The notes beneath the pieces are model-generated. The model did no database searches. It worked only from the letters and a program-made list of their open reading frames with translations, and was not told where the DNA came from. 64,000 bases of DNA, taken from assembly GCF_048593235.1 (NCBI RefSeq), contig NC_133617.1:696674958-696738957 (forward strand), in the 5' to 3' direction. Below, one piece after another: positions 51,330 through 64,000 of the stretch (within the stretch, counting starts at the first letter, position 1; each line of letters starts with the position of its first letter). A program made the translations under genes and the position numbers. This stretch comes from Sminthopsis crassicaudata (Eukaryota).

Positions 51330-52860
51330 CATTCCTCCTCATCTTCTCTAGCAGCACACATCCACAATCACCCCCAAATCATGTATTTCTCCCCATCAAA
51401 TAATTCCTTTCCTACCATCTTTAAATATACCCAAGTCTTGAGGAAGGGAAGAAGTGCTTTAAAAAACCTTCACTAGGCCATGAGCCATCCCTTCACCTTC
51501 TCAGATCATCACTCTGCAATTCTCCCCTCTTTCTCAGGCAAGCTTCTTGAAAAGCTGTATAGTTTTACTGTCTCCATATACTCTACTATTACTTACTCCT
51601 CAATATTTTCTAGTTCAGCTTTCAAACCCATTACTCAATTAAAGCTGTCCTCTCCAAGTTTATCAGCCATCTCCTAATGGTCAGATCAGATGATCTTTTC
51701 TCTATGGGTATGCACCACTGATAACTGCAAATCCCCTCCTCTTCCTCGATACTTTTTCTCTCTCCTGGATGGTTCTCTTCCTAAATGGATGATCGTCTGA
51801 CATCCCACTCCTTTGCTCTTTTCCTGATTTATTATCCCTATGCTACCCTCTATAGGCCACACCTTTATGCTGGACCCTGTTCTATTTTCCATCTCTATCT
51901 TTTTGGTTACCTCATCAGCTCTGATGGGTTTATTAAGCATATCTATTTTTTAATTTACAAGATATATGCATAGGTAATTTTCCAGCATTGACAACTGCAA
52001 AACCTTTTGTTCCAACTTTTCCCCTCCTTCTCCCCACCCCTTCCCCCAGATGGCAGGTTGACTAATACATGCTAAATATGTTAAAGTATAAGTTAAATAC
52101 AATATATGTATACATGTCCAAACAGTTGTTTTTCTGTACAAAAAGAATCGGACTTTGAAATAGTGTACAATTAACCTGTGAAGGAAATAAAAAATGCAGG
52201 CAGACAAAAAATAGAGGGATTGGAAATTCTATGTAGTGGTTCATAATCATCTCCCAGAGTTCTTTCGCTGGTTGGTTCAGTTCATTACTGCTCTATTGAA
52301 AATAATTTGGTTCATCTCATTGTTGAAGAGGGCCACGTCCATCAGAATTGATCATCATATAGTATTGTGGTTGAAGAATTATATCTATGTTTACTGGTGA
52401 CTCCCAGACCTACATATCCAGACCCAGTCACTGAATATTTCTATATTTCTAATGGCATATCCTAGAAATTTCTTAAACTCATTATGGGTAAAACTGAAAT
52501 TCTCTTTCCTCATGAACCCTTTCCTCTTTAAAACTTTACTAGGTTCTCCATCACAATTCTTTTGGAATCTCAGGTCTGTAATTCCAATAGGGAACTCTCA
52601 ACTGTCCATTATCCCTTATAACCAATCAAATAACAACATTCCTTGCATTTAAACCCTCTGTCTATTTACACAGCTACCATTTTAGTTCAAGTCTTCATCA
52701 TCTCTAACTTAAATTACTTCAAGAGCTTCCAATTGGTTTCCCTGCCTTAAGTTGCTCACAAACTTTCCAGACCATTCTACACAATTTTGTCAAAATCACT
52801 TTCCTTAAGCACAAATTTGACTATTTGACTCTTATACTCATTCAACTCCAGTAATTTCCT
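51330..52860 (+). mobile_element. L2 relic split by a younger L1
   Basis: L2-type motifs (ttcaaacccattactcaattaaagctgtcctctccaag, gatgatcttttctc, ggtgactcccagacctacatatccag); boundaries approximate. Confidence 0.65.
51947..52380 (-). mobile_element. Short L1 3' UTR insertion
   Basis: Antisense L1 3' UTR; 8-bp TSD atatctat at 51939-51946 and 52381-52388. Confidence 0.85.
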
Positions 52861-52871
52861 GTTGATTATTT

Positions 52872-52874
<3 letters not shown>

Positions 52875-52928
<54 letters not shown>
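52875..52928. repeat. (AC)27 perfect microsatellite
   Basis: Read directly. Confidence 0.97.
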
Positions 52929-52936
<8 letters not shown>

Positions 52937-55069
52937 ATTTAGTTTTTAAAGAAAGTCTTGCACAATTTGGTTCCCATATATTTCTTCAGTTTAGATGATC
53001 CCTATGTCCCTGCTATTTTGTGATACTGAACACTTGGTCTTCTCTCTGTTCCTTACTCACCACAGTTCATCTTTTCTCTGACTCTGCTTTTGTTCTGGAT
53101 CTGGAATGCACTTCCTCCTGAACTCCTGCCTCCCAGAATACCTACTTCTTCCTTTAAGTTGTAACCCAGATGTCATCTTCTATGTCATGCTTTTCCTGAT
53201 TGCTGCTAACTTCCGGTATTTTCACTTCCATCAGGTCTTATTTAACCACCTTGTGTGTCTATACAGAATATACCTGTTATGGGCCAGAACTTGAAAAAGT
53301 CTTTGTTCAGATTTAAGCTTTAGTTTAAGTTTAAGCTACTGAAACTTAAAATTTTGGACACACTGTATATATATTCATTAAGTTCACATGCTGAATGGGT
53401 ATTTTATATGTATTTGTTATTTCTCTTATTAGAATGTAAGTTCACTGTGACTATCTTGTTTCATTCTCTATACTTATATCCTCAGCTCCTGATAATAGTG
53501 AGCAATTAATAAAATATTAATTGATGAACTAATCTTTCTTTTTGAAGAATATTTTTCTCAAGGAGTTGAATATACACATGGCTCTTAGGATTTCCAGATC
53601 TCATTTCTGGCAGGTGAAAAACTTACTCTAAACTGTAAAATAGCTATAAGATCCTAGGGAAACCTATCTAATTTAGGAAAAAATCCTTGCTTTTCCATTT
53701 TGACCTTGGTCAACATCATTCCAATTACTTTTCTCCAACACAAAAGGGATTTTATCAGTGATATGTCTATATCACAATGGCCAAATATGATAACACTGGG
53801 AAAGAACAATTCAACTTGTTTGATTCAGAAGTATAAGCAACCAAATGTGATTAAAAATTTGTCCATGAGTACTTTTCTAAACTATACTAATTCCCAGCTT
53901 TTGGTTTGGGTTCATTATGTAGGTAGGGTCAGAGAATGCCAAGGTTTTCTATTATAGATATTACCCTCTAGCTACAGGAATTGAATAAAGTGCCATGAAA
54001 AAAACTATCATTTTTGACTCTAGTTATCATAGATATTTATTAATTTGTGCTTAACATTCTGTGGCACCTTTTAAAACTTGCCTTTCTATAACTCTGGTAT
54101 CAATATAGTATAAAGTAGGTAAAGTATTTATTTGCCAGACTGGGAAAAAGAGGAATGGGTACATATTATCTACAGGTATTGTCCTAAATCTCTCACAAAT
54201 ATGATCTCCATTTGATCCTCACAACAACCCTGTGAGGCAGATGCTATTTCCCTGGTACTGGAGAATTAATTTTGGATGGTGACCTTACAGGCAAATTCCA
54301 TTCATTAACTTTCTTGTTGTTGCAAGGTAGAAAACTATTAAAATAATAAAGTTCTTTGCCAAGATGGTTTATCCTCCTATTCTAAGCCTGCCGTAGATGG
54401 GATTTGTCACCCTATAAACCTTTAAGTTTCATGCATAGATGTATTCTATTCTTCTCTTTTTCATACTATCTGAGCTTTAATTTTTTTTAATGATGTTCTT
54501 TGGTTGCTTCAATATATTGTCACATAATAACGCAAATCTATGTGCTACAACTGCATTCCTGACTGATCAGAAAAGGTTTTCTGCTAGACTGAAAGGAACA
54601 ATGAAAGTCAGAAATGTATATATTCACTGCATGCAAAGTTCATCTTATGTGTCCAGCTAGGATTACCCAAAAACTCAGAGGTCTGTGTCTTTGTGGTATG
54701 TGTGTGTGTATGTGTGTGTGTGTGGTCCCATTTAGGAGACTACAGTTTCCAAAACTCTCTTTTCTGATATTTCTGTATTTTCTTATGGAGTAGTTAGGAG
54801 TCCTTTAGAGAAGTGAAACTGGTCTATATTAATACAATGGAAGTCCATTAGACTGAATATAATGATTAGGATTACAGGAATGTTACTCCAGTCACAGTAC
54901 AGTCAAGCGTTTTCAAGAAAAAGTAGTTTTCAGAATAGGATTCTACCAACCTGAAATTTATATACAAATAACAGAGAATCAAAGGTTTGTATATTGATTT
55001 CCTAAGCTCTCTTTATGCTATCTTTTCAGCTACAGAATAGGTAGTGTCATCTGCAGTCTATAAAAAATA

Positions 55070-55312
55070 TAATAGCTAGCATTTTCATAGCACTTTTAAG
55101 GTTTACAAAGTGCTTTGTGCATATTATTTCAGCCTCACAACTCTAGGTGGTAGGTACTATGATTATCTCCTATTTACAGATAAGGAAATTGAGGCAGACA
55201 AAAATTAGGTGACATGATCAGAGTCACTGTGAGAGTGCGAGTGACTGATCCGGGATTTGAACTTAGATATTCCTGACTCCAGGTCCAGCACTCTTTAACA
55301 ACTGTGCCATCT
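55070..55312 (-). mobile_element. Near full-length MIR/MAR1-type CORE-SINE
   Basis: tagctagcattttcatagcacttttaaggtttacaaagtgc...gataaggaaattgaggcagac...gggatttgaacttagatattcctgactccaggtccagcactct. Many similar relics (e.g. near 470-620, 3610-3790, 17960-18160, 32510-32700, 35420-35640, 62440-62660) are not listed individually. Confidence 0.8.
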
Positions 55313-58300
55313 AAACACCTCTGAAAGGGTGAGTAATTTTTCTAAGTTTACCAACAAATTAATGGTAAGCAAGAAGCACAATAAATATCCTAATCCTTAG
55401 CTACACGATTCACCTAGTGTGCTACTATGTCTTAGAAAATAATTTATTAGAAAAAACCAATTCATTTACTTCTATGCGAGAAATTATGAATAATTACATA
55501 ATATTTTTCACTCTAGTCCTCTATTTCAAAGGTGATGACTGAACTAAAATGGTGAGCAGCTGAGTCATGTCCCCAGAGTCAAACACTGAATCCCTGCACT
55601 CTCATAAAAAAACCACAAAACCTGGCACTGCCCGAGTCTCAGTCCATTGCTGATCGACTGAACTACCTCTCATTAGATAGATTAATTCCCTATCTGACAG
55701 CCAGTCTTAAACCATTACAGTCATAACAGAAGCTTATAAAAAGAAGTAGTGACCCAGAAAATGGATTCTTTTACAAGTTTATACTCTTTAATTCATAATT
55801 CTTATTTACTGAAACTTACAATCTCCTTCAAGAAACCTGAACAGTTTTCAAATATTAAGTTATTAATGCTTATAATCCTTCTGAGAAGGTATAAGGCAGA
55901 GAGTATTATGATGTTTGTAATTGTACTCTTTCAAGAAAAAATCTCACCCTTAGAAGAACATTGTTAGACAGAAATGAAGCTCCTGGGGGACTGAGTAAAG
56001 GCAGGAGAAGCACAATCCCAGGGTCCTGAGTCAGGAGCGAGAAGATCTGAGGCCAAATCCAACTCCATTTACTCATTATCCATGCGACCTTGCTCAATTC
56101 ACTTAATCTTTTAAAGCTCCAGTTTGGCTATTTGTAACGCAAGAGGCCTGGACTCCATGCTTACTTAAGGGTCCTTCTAGCTTCATATCTCTAATCCTCT
56201 GATAAGACAAGACTTGAGAGAAATAGGAAAGGAGAGCTACTCAAATCTCAGAGATTATCTGGGTGCAACTCCATCATATTACAGAAAAGGAAAGTAAAAT
56301 TCAGAAGTCCAAGGCCACAAACAAGCGAATGGCAGAACTTCAGAGTCAACACTTTTCAATTCTGAGACTTGGGTCAAGCTCATTTTGAGAAAGATAAACC
56401 AGCTTTATTCTTTAATGGTGGGAGAAGTCTGCCCAATTCTGAAGGCTCTGAGGAAGCTATTACTTCAGAAGAAAAAACATCAATATGAAAAGGGAACTTT
56501 AGAGATCATTCAATCTGACTCACCTCTTTTTACAAATGTAGAAGCTAAAGTCCCTCTAGTTTAAGGGACTTACCTCTCCATGGCTGGGACAAACTATAGT
56601 GCAAGCCTCCTCACACTCAATCAAGTGCTTTCTACTAGGAATGCGAACAGAATGAATGAGTGAATGAGCTGAGTGAAAGAATGAAGAAAAAAATATTTGT
56701 TAAGTGCTTACTCTGTACCAAGCATTAAGTGATAAGCATATAAATACTACAGTGTGCCAATGTATGCCTTCAAAACACTAACATGGAAGAAATGGCCAAA
56801 GAAGGCCCTTTGGTCTCAGAAGTCACAAGTACGGTGAGCAGAATAATACCACTATCTGTTAAATGCCTTTTCTAGAGAGGATGGCAATATGTATGGTGGT
56901 GAGAAGGTAAGCAGTGCAAAATCTGGCTCCAATGGTGATAAAGGTACATATTTCCAAAAAAACACAAAAGTAAATGTGTGGTTTAGCTCTACTTAGATTG
57001 AACCTAGGTGGACATGCATGTATGTAACTGCATACACCCACACACACCCCATTAACTTTCAAGGCATATTCTGGGCCAGTAGATATTAAAACAACAAGTG
57101 ACCCTGAAATTCTTCAAGATTATTAATCTTCAAAAAAAGACTCAATTATGTCCATTTTGTTGATCAAACTATCAGTTAACAAATTCTGTAGGTAGATTAC
57201 CTCATCTCTCAGAGAATAAATACCATTGTAACATCAATCAATCAACATTCATTTAACATTGGTTTCTAACAAGAAAGAATGATGGAATAAGAAAATGAGT
57301 AACTACTTCTAAAGAAAAGAGGATTCATAAAGCAGAATGAAACTGGGACAACCTTCCTGAAATACCTAAGTTTTAGCACAGTCAGATGAATCAGAAACAC
57401 GACTTCATGAAAAACTTCATGAAGTAAATAAAACGGAACCTTCACCTGCCAGTTCTTTTTTCTCAAAAAGTGAGGTTAGATCATTTTCCAAGAAAGATGG
57501 CTTCTGATTAGCTATGGAACAAATAAGACCATAGATTAGCTAAGGGTCAAAATTCTATTTCAATCAAGAATCCCAGCCAAAAATACAAATAGAGATCTAA
57601 TTCAAATTTATGGCTATAAAAGGACATTACACCAATGTTTATGTTTTCACTGGTAAAACATCAATATTCATATAGTATGTAATTCCCTTTACATAAAGGG
57701 GAAGAGGGAACCATAATAAGCATTTACATATCTTCTATTTTGTGCCAGACTCTGTGCTAAGTGCTTTACAAATATTATCCCATGGGAACCTCAAAACATT
57801 TCTTTTATGAAGATGAAGAAACTAAGATGCTAAGTATCTGAGGTTGGATTTGAACTCTGGTGTTCAATCAATTAATCAGCTTTTATTAAGCACATACTAT
57901 GTGCCAGGTACTGTGCTCAATGCTAGTCTTTCAGTCCAGGGCCAATACTCTTAATCTATGTTTCTGAACAACCACAGATATGCTAATTTGTCAGCCTTCA
58001 TTTTTATCACCTGGGGGAAGGGGGGGAATCTATCAATATTCTCACAAAGAAATGACACCGAATTTAGAAGTGATTCCTTAGGAAAGGGGACTGATAAGGT
58101 ATTCTTGGAAGTTTCAGAGGGAAACTTCCAAGTTTCAATCTGAAATAAAACCACTCTCCCAGTTAGCATATGCAAGAAAAAAATCATATTTTGTCATATC
58201 ATATCATGCTTGTCAGTTATGGGATAACTGGGAGTTTCTGTTTGTTTGTTTGATAAGTCAGTCCACATGCTTGAGTTTCTGAAACAATTCTATTGCTGAA

Positions 58301-60154
58301 AGGGAACTTATTCCATTTTCATCCAATTGTTTGTATATGCTTTATACATGTTCAGGTCAGCATTATCCATCTTATACTGCAAGTTCTGAAAACATGGTTC
58401 CCATCTATCTCAACTGCTCTATTATAGGATCTAATGTAGTCTCTTTTCCTAATAGATCCTGAATAAATGCCTTTTGATGATGAGATGCATGTTGCAATCT
58501 TTCTTTGCTTCCCATGAAAGGGATTTCATTATAGCATAGTTTACAACGTACACTGTGGTGGTATGTAGAAGAAGAGGGATTGATTAAAACCAATGCAACA
58601 AAATGTAAGGCCCAAAGAAATTAAAAGCACCCCAAACAACTCTGCCTTAAGATAAACAAATGTATTCAATATAAGAAAAGACTGGGAATGTGTTATTTGA
58701 AGGCCAAAGGAAAGTACTATGGAGATTTTTCAAAGCAGTGTATAACGGGAAAGACTAATAGGAAACAGGATGTCAAACCAAATGCCCCTAATGGCTTTTT
58801 CCCACTAATAATTAAACAGTCTTTTCACTTTATTTATCTACAGACTAATATAATGAGAAACTCAATCAGCTCTAGCTCAAGATGGTTATTTGTCAATATC
58901 AAAATCAGTCTACAAAACCAAAAGACAGGGAAATTGTTTCAGACACTCTGACAGAGAAAGGAGGAAGTACAATAACACGGAATATCTTGATGTAAAAATG
59001 ATCTGCTCCCAGCAAAAATCAAGAAATCAAGTCAAAAGCATTTCCAGGGTGGTCTGCTCTAGGGGGGGGGGTCTTTTTTCATTTTTTTCAATGACCAAAT
59101 GACTGCTCTCTCTTGACTTTTCCATGACCATCTTTCTTTGTAAAGGTTCTCTCTCATATGGGAGAATCTCTTTCTAGCCCAGTCCAAAGTCCCTTTTTCA
59201 GTTTACTATTTCTCTTGTTGACAAATCATTCTTGAAACTCTTTCATGGTGGCTACATTTTTTCATACTTCTGCTCTCCTAACCATCCATTCTTCATGCTC
59301 TCTGTCAGCATCTCTTAGGATGGCCAGGCCTTTCCATCCAGTCTGCAGCTGAAATTTCTTTTATATGTTGTCTCTTTCTGTGAGAGCAGGATGCTCCCTG
59401 AGAACAGACACTGCCTTGTTTTGTTCTACTTGTGTCCCCAGCACCCAACATAGTAAATAGTTAATAGGTCACAGGAAGACACAAAGTCTGTACTCAATAC
59501 ATTTTAACTAATTAATTAATTCATAGCCCAGTCCTTGGCTTCCTTAGTTTTTCTTTTAAATCACTATTCTATGACAATACACTAACTTTTAAGATTTCAA
59601 TTCCATCTTGAATCTATGTTATTTCCAAGACATCTTCAATTGATAATTCATTATCAATTGATTATTAGGGAAATATGGAACTTGGGTTTTTCTTCTACTT
59701 ATCTCCTTTGTAATATCAATAGCACCACCATCAAATTGTACCTGACTTTCCTCTTTTTTTTCCCATCTAATCTACTAGGTACAGTAGGTTTTTCTTTGAG
59801 ATCTCTATCTTCTTCCTATTCCAGAAGGGAAGTGATCTATTAATACTCTGGTTCTCATCACCCCAGACTTTGCTTACTACAACAACCTCTTGGTCAATCT
59901 AATGCCAGGTTACATTACATTTAGCTCCCGTATAAGCTTAGGTCAAAAACAATTACACCTTATTCTTCCTTGGCTCATAAAGCTAAAGAGGTTCCCCTGC
60001 TGCCTATAATATCCAAACAAACTTCCTATCAAAGCAGTATTGGGCCCCAACACACCTTACTTGTCAATTGCTTATATGCAGTTACTTAAGCCTCACCTTC
60101 ACAGCACAGTCCATGAATATTAAAGTGCCTGTTATGCATCAGGCAGGCACATGC

Positions 60155-61870
60155 TGTTGGTTCTACTTACTTCAATTAGGATCAGTTCATGTAATTCCAG
60201 GCCTCTCTAAAATCATCCTCCTGATGGTTTCTTATAAAACAATAATGTTCATTACATCCATATATCATGATTTACTCAGCCATTCTCCAACTGATGGGCA
60301 TCCATTCAGTTTCCAGTTTCTTGCCACTGCAAAAATGGCTGCCACAAACATTTTTGCACATGTGGGTCCCTTTCTCTCCTTTTAGATCTCTTAAGATCTT
60401 TTAAGAGATCTCTTTAGATCTCTTTAAAAAAAGATCTCTTTAGATCTCTTAAGGTCAATAGAAACACTGTGTGGTTGATAGGTATGCACAATTTGATAAC
60501 TTTTTGAGCATAGTTTCAAATTGCTCTCCAGAATGGTTGGATTCTTTCACAACTCCACCGACAATGTATTAGTGTCCCAGTTTTCCCACATCCCTCCAAC
60601 ATTCATCAATCTGTTTTTCTGTCACGTTAGCCAATCTGAGAGGTGTGAGATGGTACCTCAGAGTTATCTTTGCATTTTTCTGATCAATAGTGATTTAGAG
60701 CATTTTTTCATATGATTAGAAATGGTTTAAATTTCTTTATCTGAAAATTTTCTATTCATATCCATTTGACCATGACTGAAAAATGGCTTGTATTCTTATA
60801 AATTTGAGTTAATTCTCTATATATTTTAGAAATGAGGCCTTTATCAGAACCTTTGGATGTAAAGAATTTTTTCTCAGTTTTCTGCTTCACTTCTAATCTT
60901 GTTTACATTGGTTTTGTTTGTACAAAACCTTTTTAACTTAATATAATCAAAATTACCCATTTTGTATTTCATACTGCATTCTAGTTGTTCTTTGACCATA
61001 AATTCTTTCCTTCTCCACAAATCTCAGAGGTAGAATATCCTTTGTTCTTCTAATTTGCTTATAGTATCACTTTATATCTAAATCATGAACATATTTTGAC
61101 CTTATCTTGATATAGGATGTTGGTCTGGATCAAATGAATATAATAGTATAGTTTCTGCTATACTATTTTCCAATGTTTCCAGCAATTTTTGTCAAAAAGT
61201 GAGTTCTTATTCCAGAAGTTGGAGTTTTGGGATCTATCAAACACTAGATTACTATAGTCATTGACTATTGTGTCATGTGAACCTAACCTATTCCATTCCT
61301 ACTCTATTTCTTAGCCAGAATCAAATGGTTCTGATGACCACTGCTTTATAATATACTTTTAGATCTAGTAGAGGTAAGTCACTTTCATTGGCACTTTTTC
61401 CTTAATTTCCTTGAAAATTGTGACCTTCTGTTCTTCATTTGTTATTATTTTTTCTAACTCAGTAAAGTACTTGCTTAGCAGTTTGATTGGTATGACACTT
61501 AATAAATAGATTAATTTAGGTATTAATCTGTCATTTTTATTATATTAGCTTGGCCTATCCATGAGCATTTGATAGTCTTCCAATTGTTTAGATTTGACTT
61601 TGTATGAAAAGTGTTGCAATTGTGTTCATATAATTTCTGACTTTGTCTTGGCAGGCAGACTCCCAAATATGTTAGTGACATATAAAAATGTTGATGCTTT
61701 ATGTGTATTTACTTTGTGTCCTGCAACTTTGCTAAAATTGTGCATTGTTTCTAGCAGTTTTTTAATTGACTCTCTAAGTATACCATCATTTAATCATCTG
61801 CAAAGAATGATAATTTGGTTTCATCATTACCTACTCTAATTCCTTTAATTTCTTTTCTTCTCTTATTGCT
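60155..61870 (-). mobile_element. L1 ORF2 fragment (RT end to C-terminus) lacking its 3' UTR
   Basis: Antisense ORF2 motifs throughout; ORF 61790..61987 ends RRKEIKGIRVGNDETKLSFFADD (L1 RT F-ADD motif). Confidence 0.85.
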
Positions 61871-63289
61871 AAGTGAAGTCCTTCTTTCAAAAGAGGCTTG
61901 AAGTTTAGCCCCCTTCTCCACTCTAATCAGAGAGGCAGAGGGAGTGAGGAAGAGGGAGTGAGGAAGAGGGAGGGACCTTTTAGTCACATTTCCTGACTCA
62001 GGGAGGAATTCTCTACTAAGGCCCTATGTATCTGACTGCAGCATGGCCCCAGCACTTACATGATGCCTGGCACATGCTATAAGTGCTTAATCAATGCTCG
62101 TTGCCTTGCCTCACTTACATCATCAATATTAGTTAACACAAATACTCTGTAACTTTAAAGTTTCACATTTGCCAAGTTTTCTAGCTACATTATCACAGAG
62201 GATATTAACAGCAATTCCGGGCAGTATATGTGATGATTATTCTTATTTTACAGCACAGCTAGAAAAAGTCTGAGGTGGACTTCAAAACTCAGATCCTTGT
62301 GTCTCCAAGCACACTCAACCACCATGCCACGCTAACTCTGGATAAAAAGTTTAGGTCCTTTATTTCTCTGGATGACAGTCCTGTGAACCACATATACTGT
62401 TTACTGGATGATGTGTGTCATTCAGGGAGAAATTTCATTCCTAATAAGTGGTGCAATAGATACAGCATAAGACCTGGAATTTGGCTAACTAATTCAAAGC
62501 AGATATTTACTAGCTATTGTACAGATCTGAACAAGTCACTTAGCCTCTGCTTGCCTCAGTTTCCTCATGTGGAAAATGAGTATAATAATCACATCTAGCT
62601 CCCAGGGTACTGGCTTAATATTTTTAATGCTTTGTAAACCTTAAAGCATCACACTAATGTTTAACATCACTATTTTTTCCATAATAATAAGGCACCACAT
62701 TCTATAACAGATAGGACCATTATTTGCCAATGTTCACATATAAGTAAGCTACATGAGAGAAGTGATTAATTCTTTTTTGGTAACCATGTCATCTGAATTT
62801 AGAAGTTGTTCTTCTACCATGGTTCATGATGGTGAGACACTTAATAAATGCTTGTTGGTTGATATTCAATCAATCTGAATTGATCCAATACAGTAAAACA
62901 TCATTAATTTGAAAGTTATACGGAATTTCTGAATTTGTACATCAAATGAATTAAAGTTTGCTCTGTGTTTAAGCAACTCTCTTCTTCATTGTTAACACAA
63001 ATAATAGCATAAATAGTATCAGCCTGCGTTGAGGTTATTTTAATTTTCAGAGTATCTAATCTTTACAAAAGAATTCTTTGAGGATAAACAGGACCTGTTA
63101 TAGAAAAAGAAACAAACACAGGTAAGATGAATGTCAGAGGTGGAACAGGCCCGGACTCAACTGAGAGTAGACTCTAAGGCTCCTGGTGCCAGGACTTATT
63201 CCAAACTCTAGGCAGGTCTTCTCTTCCCTTTGATGACAATCTTTTCTCCTGTGAATTAAGGCAGATGATCCCCTAATCTTCACTTCATC

Positions 63290-63990
63290 TTTCCGATCCA
63301 ACATCTTCCCTCTAGCCCAGGTGAATCACTGACCCTTCATTGCCCCTTCCCTTGTCTAGATGGTTCTACCATCTAACCAGTCGTACAGGCTCAAGAGCTC
63401 AGATGTCTGACTTTTCCTGCCCCCCATCCTCCATGTCTAATGAATTGCCAAGTTTTATCTATCCTCACATCTCTGACTTGTTCCTTTCTCTCCACTCATG
63501 ATATGACAGGATTAGTATGGGGCTCCATTATCTTTCAGCTAGATTACTACAACAACTTCCTAACCTATGATATTGCCTCTAGTGCTTCTCTACTCCGGGG
63601 TATTTTTCACATAATTGTCAAATAATCTTTCTAACAGCTAATTTATTTTCTTGATCAAAAACATTTAATGGCATATCCTGTTGCCTAAGAACAAACTATA
63701 AACTCTTTGGCATGTCAAGTACTACAAAACTGAGCTCTAAGCTACATCTACTACCTAATTTCTCCTTTCTACCACTTGAATACTTCATATTTTGTGCAGT
63801 TATTAGCTGCTTCTTTATCTTGCTTGCCACCTCATTTATGAAGCTTCTCTCATTTCCTCACTTGAATTTTTTCTCTCTTTGCTCCAATTTTCCTAGAATA
63901 CACTTTCAGGATCTCTGCTCCCTTACTTGCTACTTCACTGCTTAGCTGTGAAGATTACTGCATCCTCCTCAGCTTCAGGAGATAAACTGC
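63290..63990 (+). mobile_element. L2 relic
   Basis: L2-type motifs (atctttcagctagattactacaacaacttcctaac, catttaatggcatatcctgttgccta); boundaries approximate. Confidence 0.55.
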
Positions 63991-64000
63991 TTGAAGGTAG

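Noticed and set aside
60381-60452. Repeat cluster as a CRISPR-like array or binding-site array
   Set aside because: No spacers, irregular units, eukaryotic L1 context; better explained as a repair or slippage scar
61927-61972. Tandem gagggagtgaggaa duplication near the L1 break point
   Set aside because: Only two short purine-rich units; common slippage product
207-63945. The many 60-116 aa ORFs in the track outside the EEFSEC exon and TE ORF pieces
   Set aside because: Low-complexity or TE-derived translations, often with non-ATG starts, with no recognisable domains or supporting splice structure
30540-64000. Search for the preceding EEFSEC exon (about DHCFSIKGQGTVMTG...EIPALK)
   Set aside because: No match found by eye; probably beyond the window, as this intron is long in human

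Overview
AT-rich marsupial genomic DNA, dasyurid-like judging by the WSINE1-type SINE, the L1 3' UTR style and an OC1-like hAT MITE. The window lies inside EEFSEC, the selenocysteine-specific elongation factor gene, which is transcribed on the minus strand. I can support only one protein-coding exon: the long internal exon at 30481..29843 (639 nt, phase 0-0, canonical AG/GT), equivalent to human c.787-1443 as I recall it. I did not find the neighbouring exons, so both flanking introns appear to extend beyond the window (>29.8 kb and >33.5 kb). The rest is intronic and dominated by transposon relics: many 5'-truncated L1 3' ends (several with readable TSDs), a fragmented old L1, a BovB-clade RTE, L2, CR1/L3 and MIR-type relics, two solo LTRs with perfect 6-bp TSDs plus a third LTR-like insert, hAT MITEs and microsatellites. 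Nearly all other short ORFs are TE fragments, antisense shadows or noise. I found no convincing novel multi-gene system. The most notable observations are a 304-bp locally templated insertion with microhomology junctions, an iterated palindromic repair-like scar, a young solo LTR with promoter and splice donor antisense to EEFSEC, a shared GGAAA target motif of two LTRs, inverted L1s flanking the long exon (circRNA or skipping hypothesis), and several apparently non-repetitive motif-rich islands that may be enhancers of the neighbouring GATA2 regulatory domain. No database search could be run; family names come from recall.
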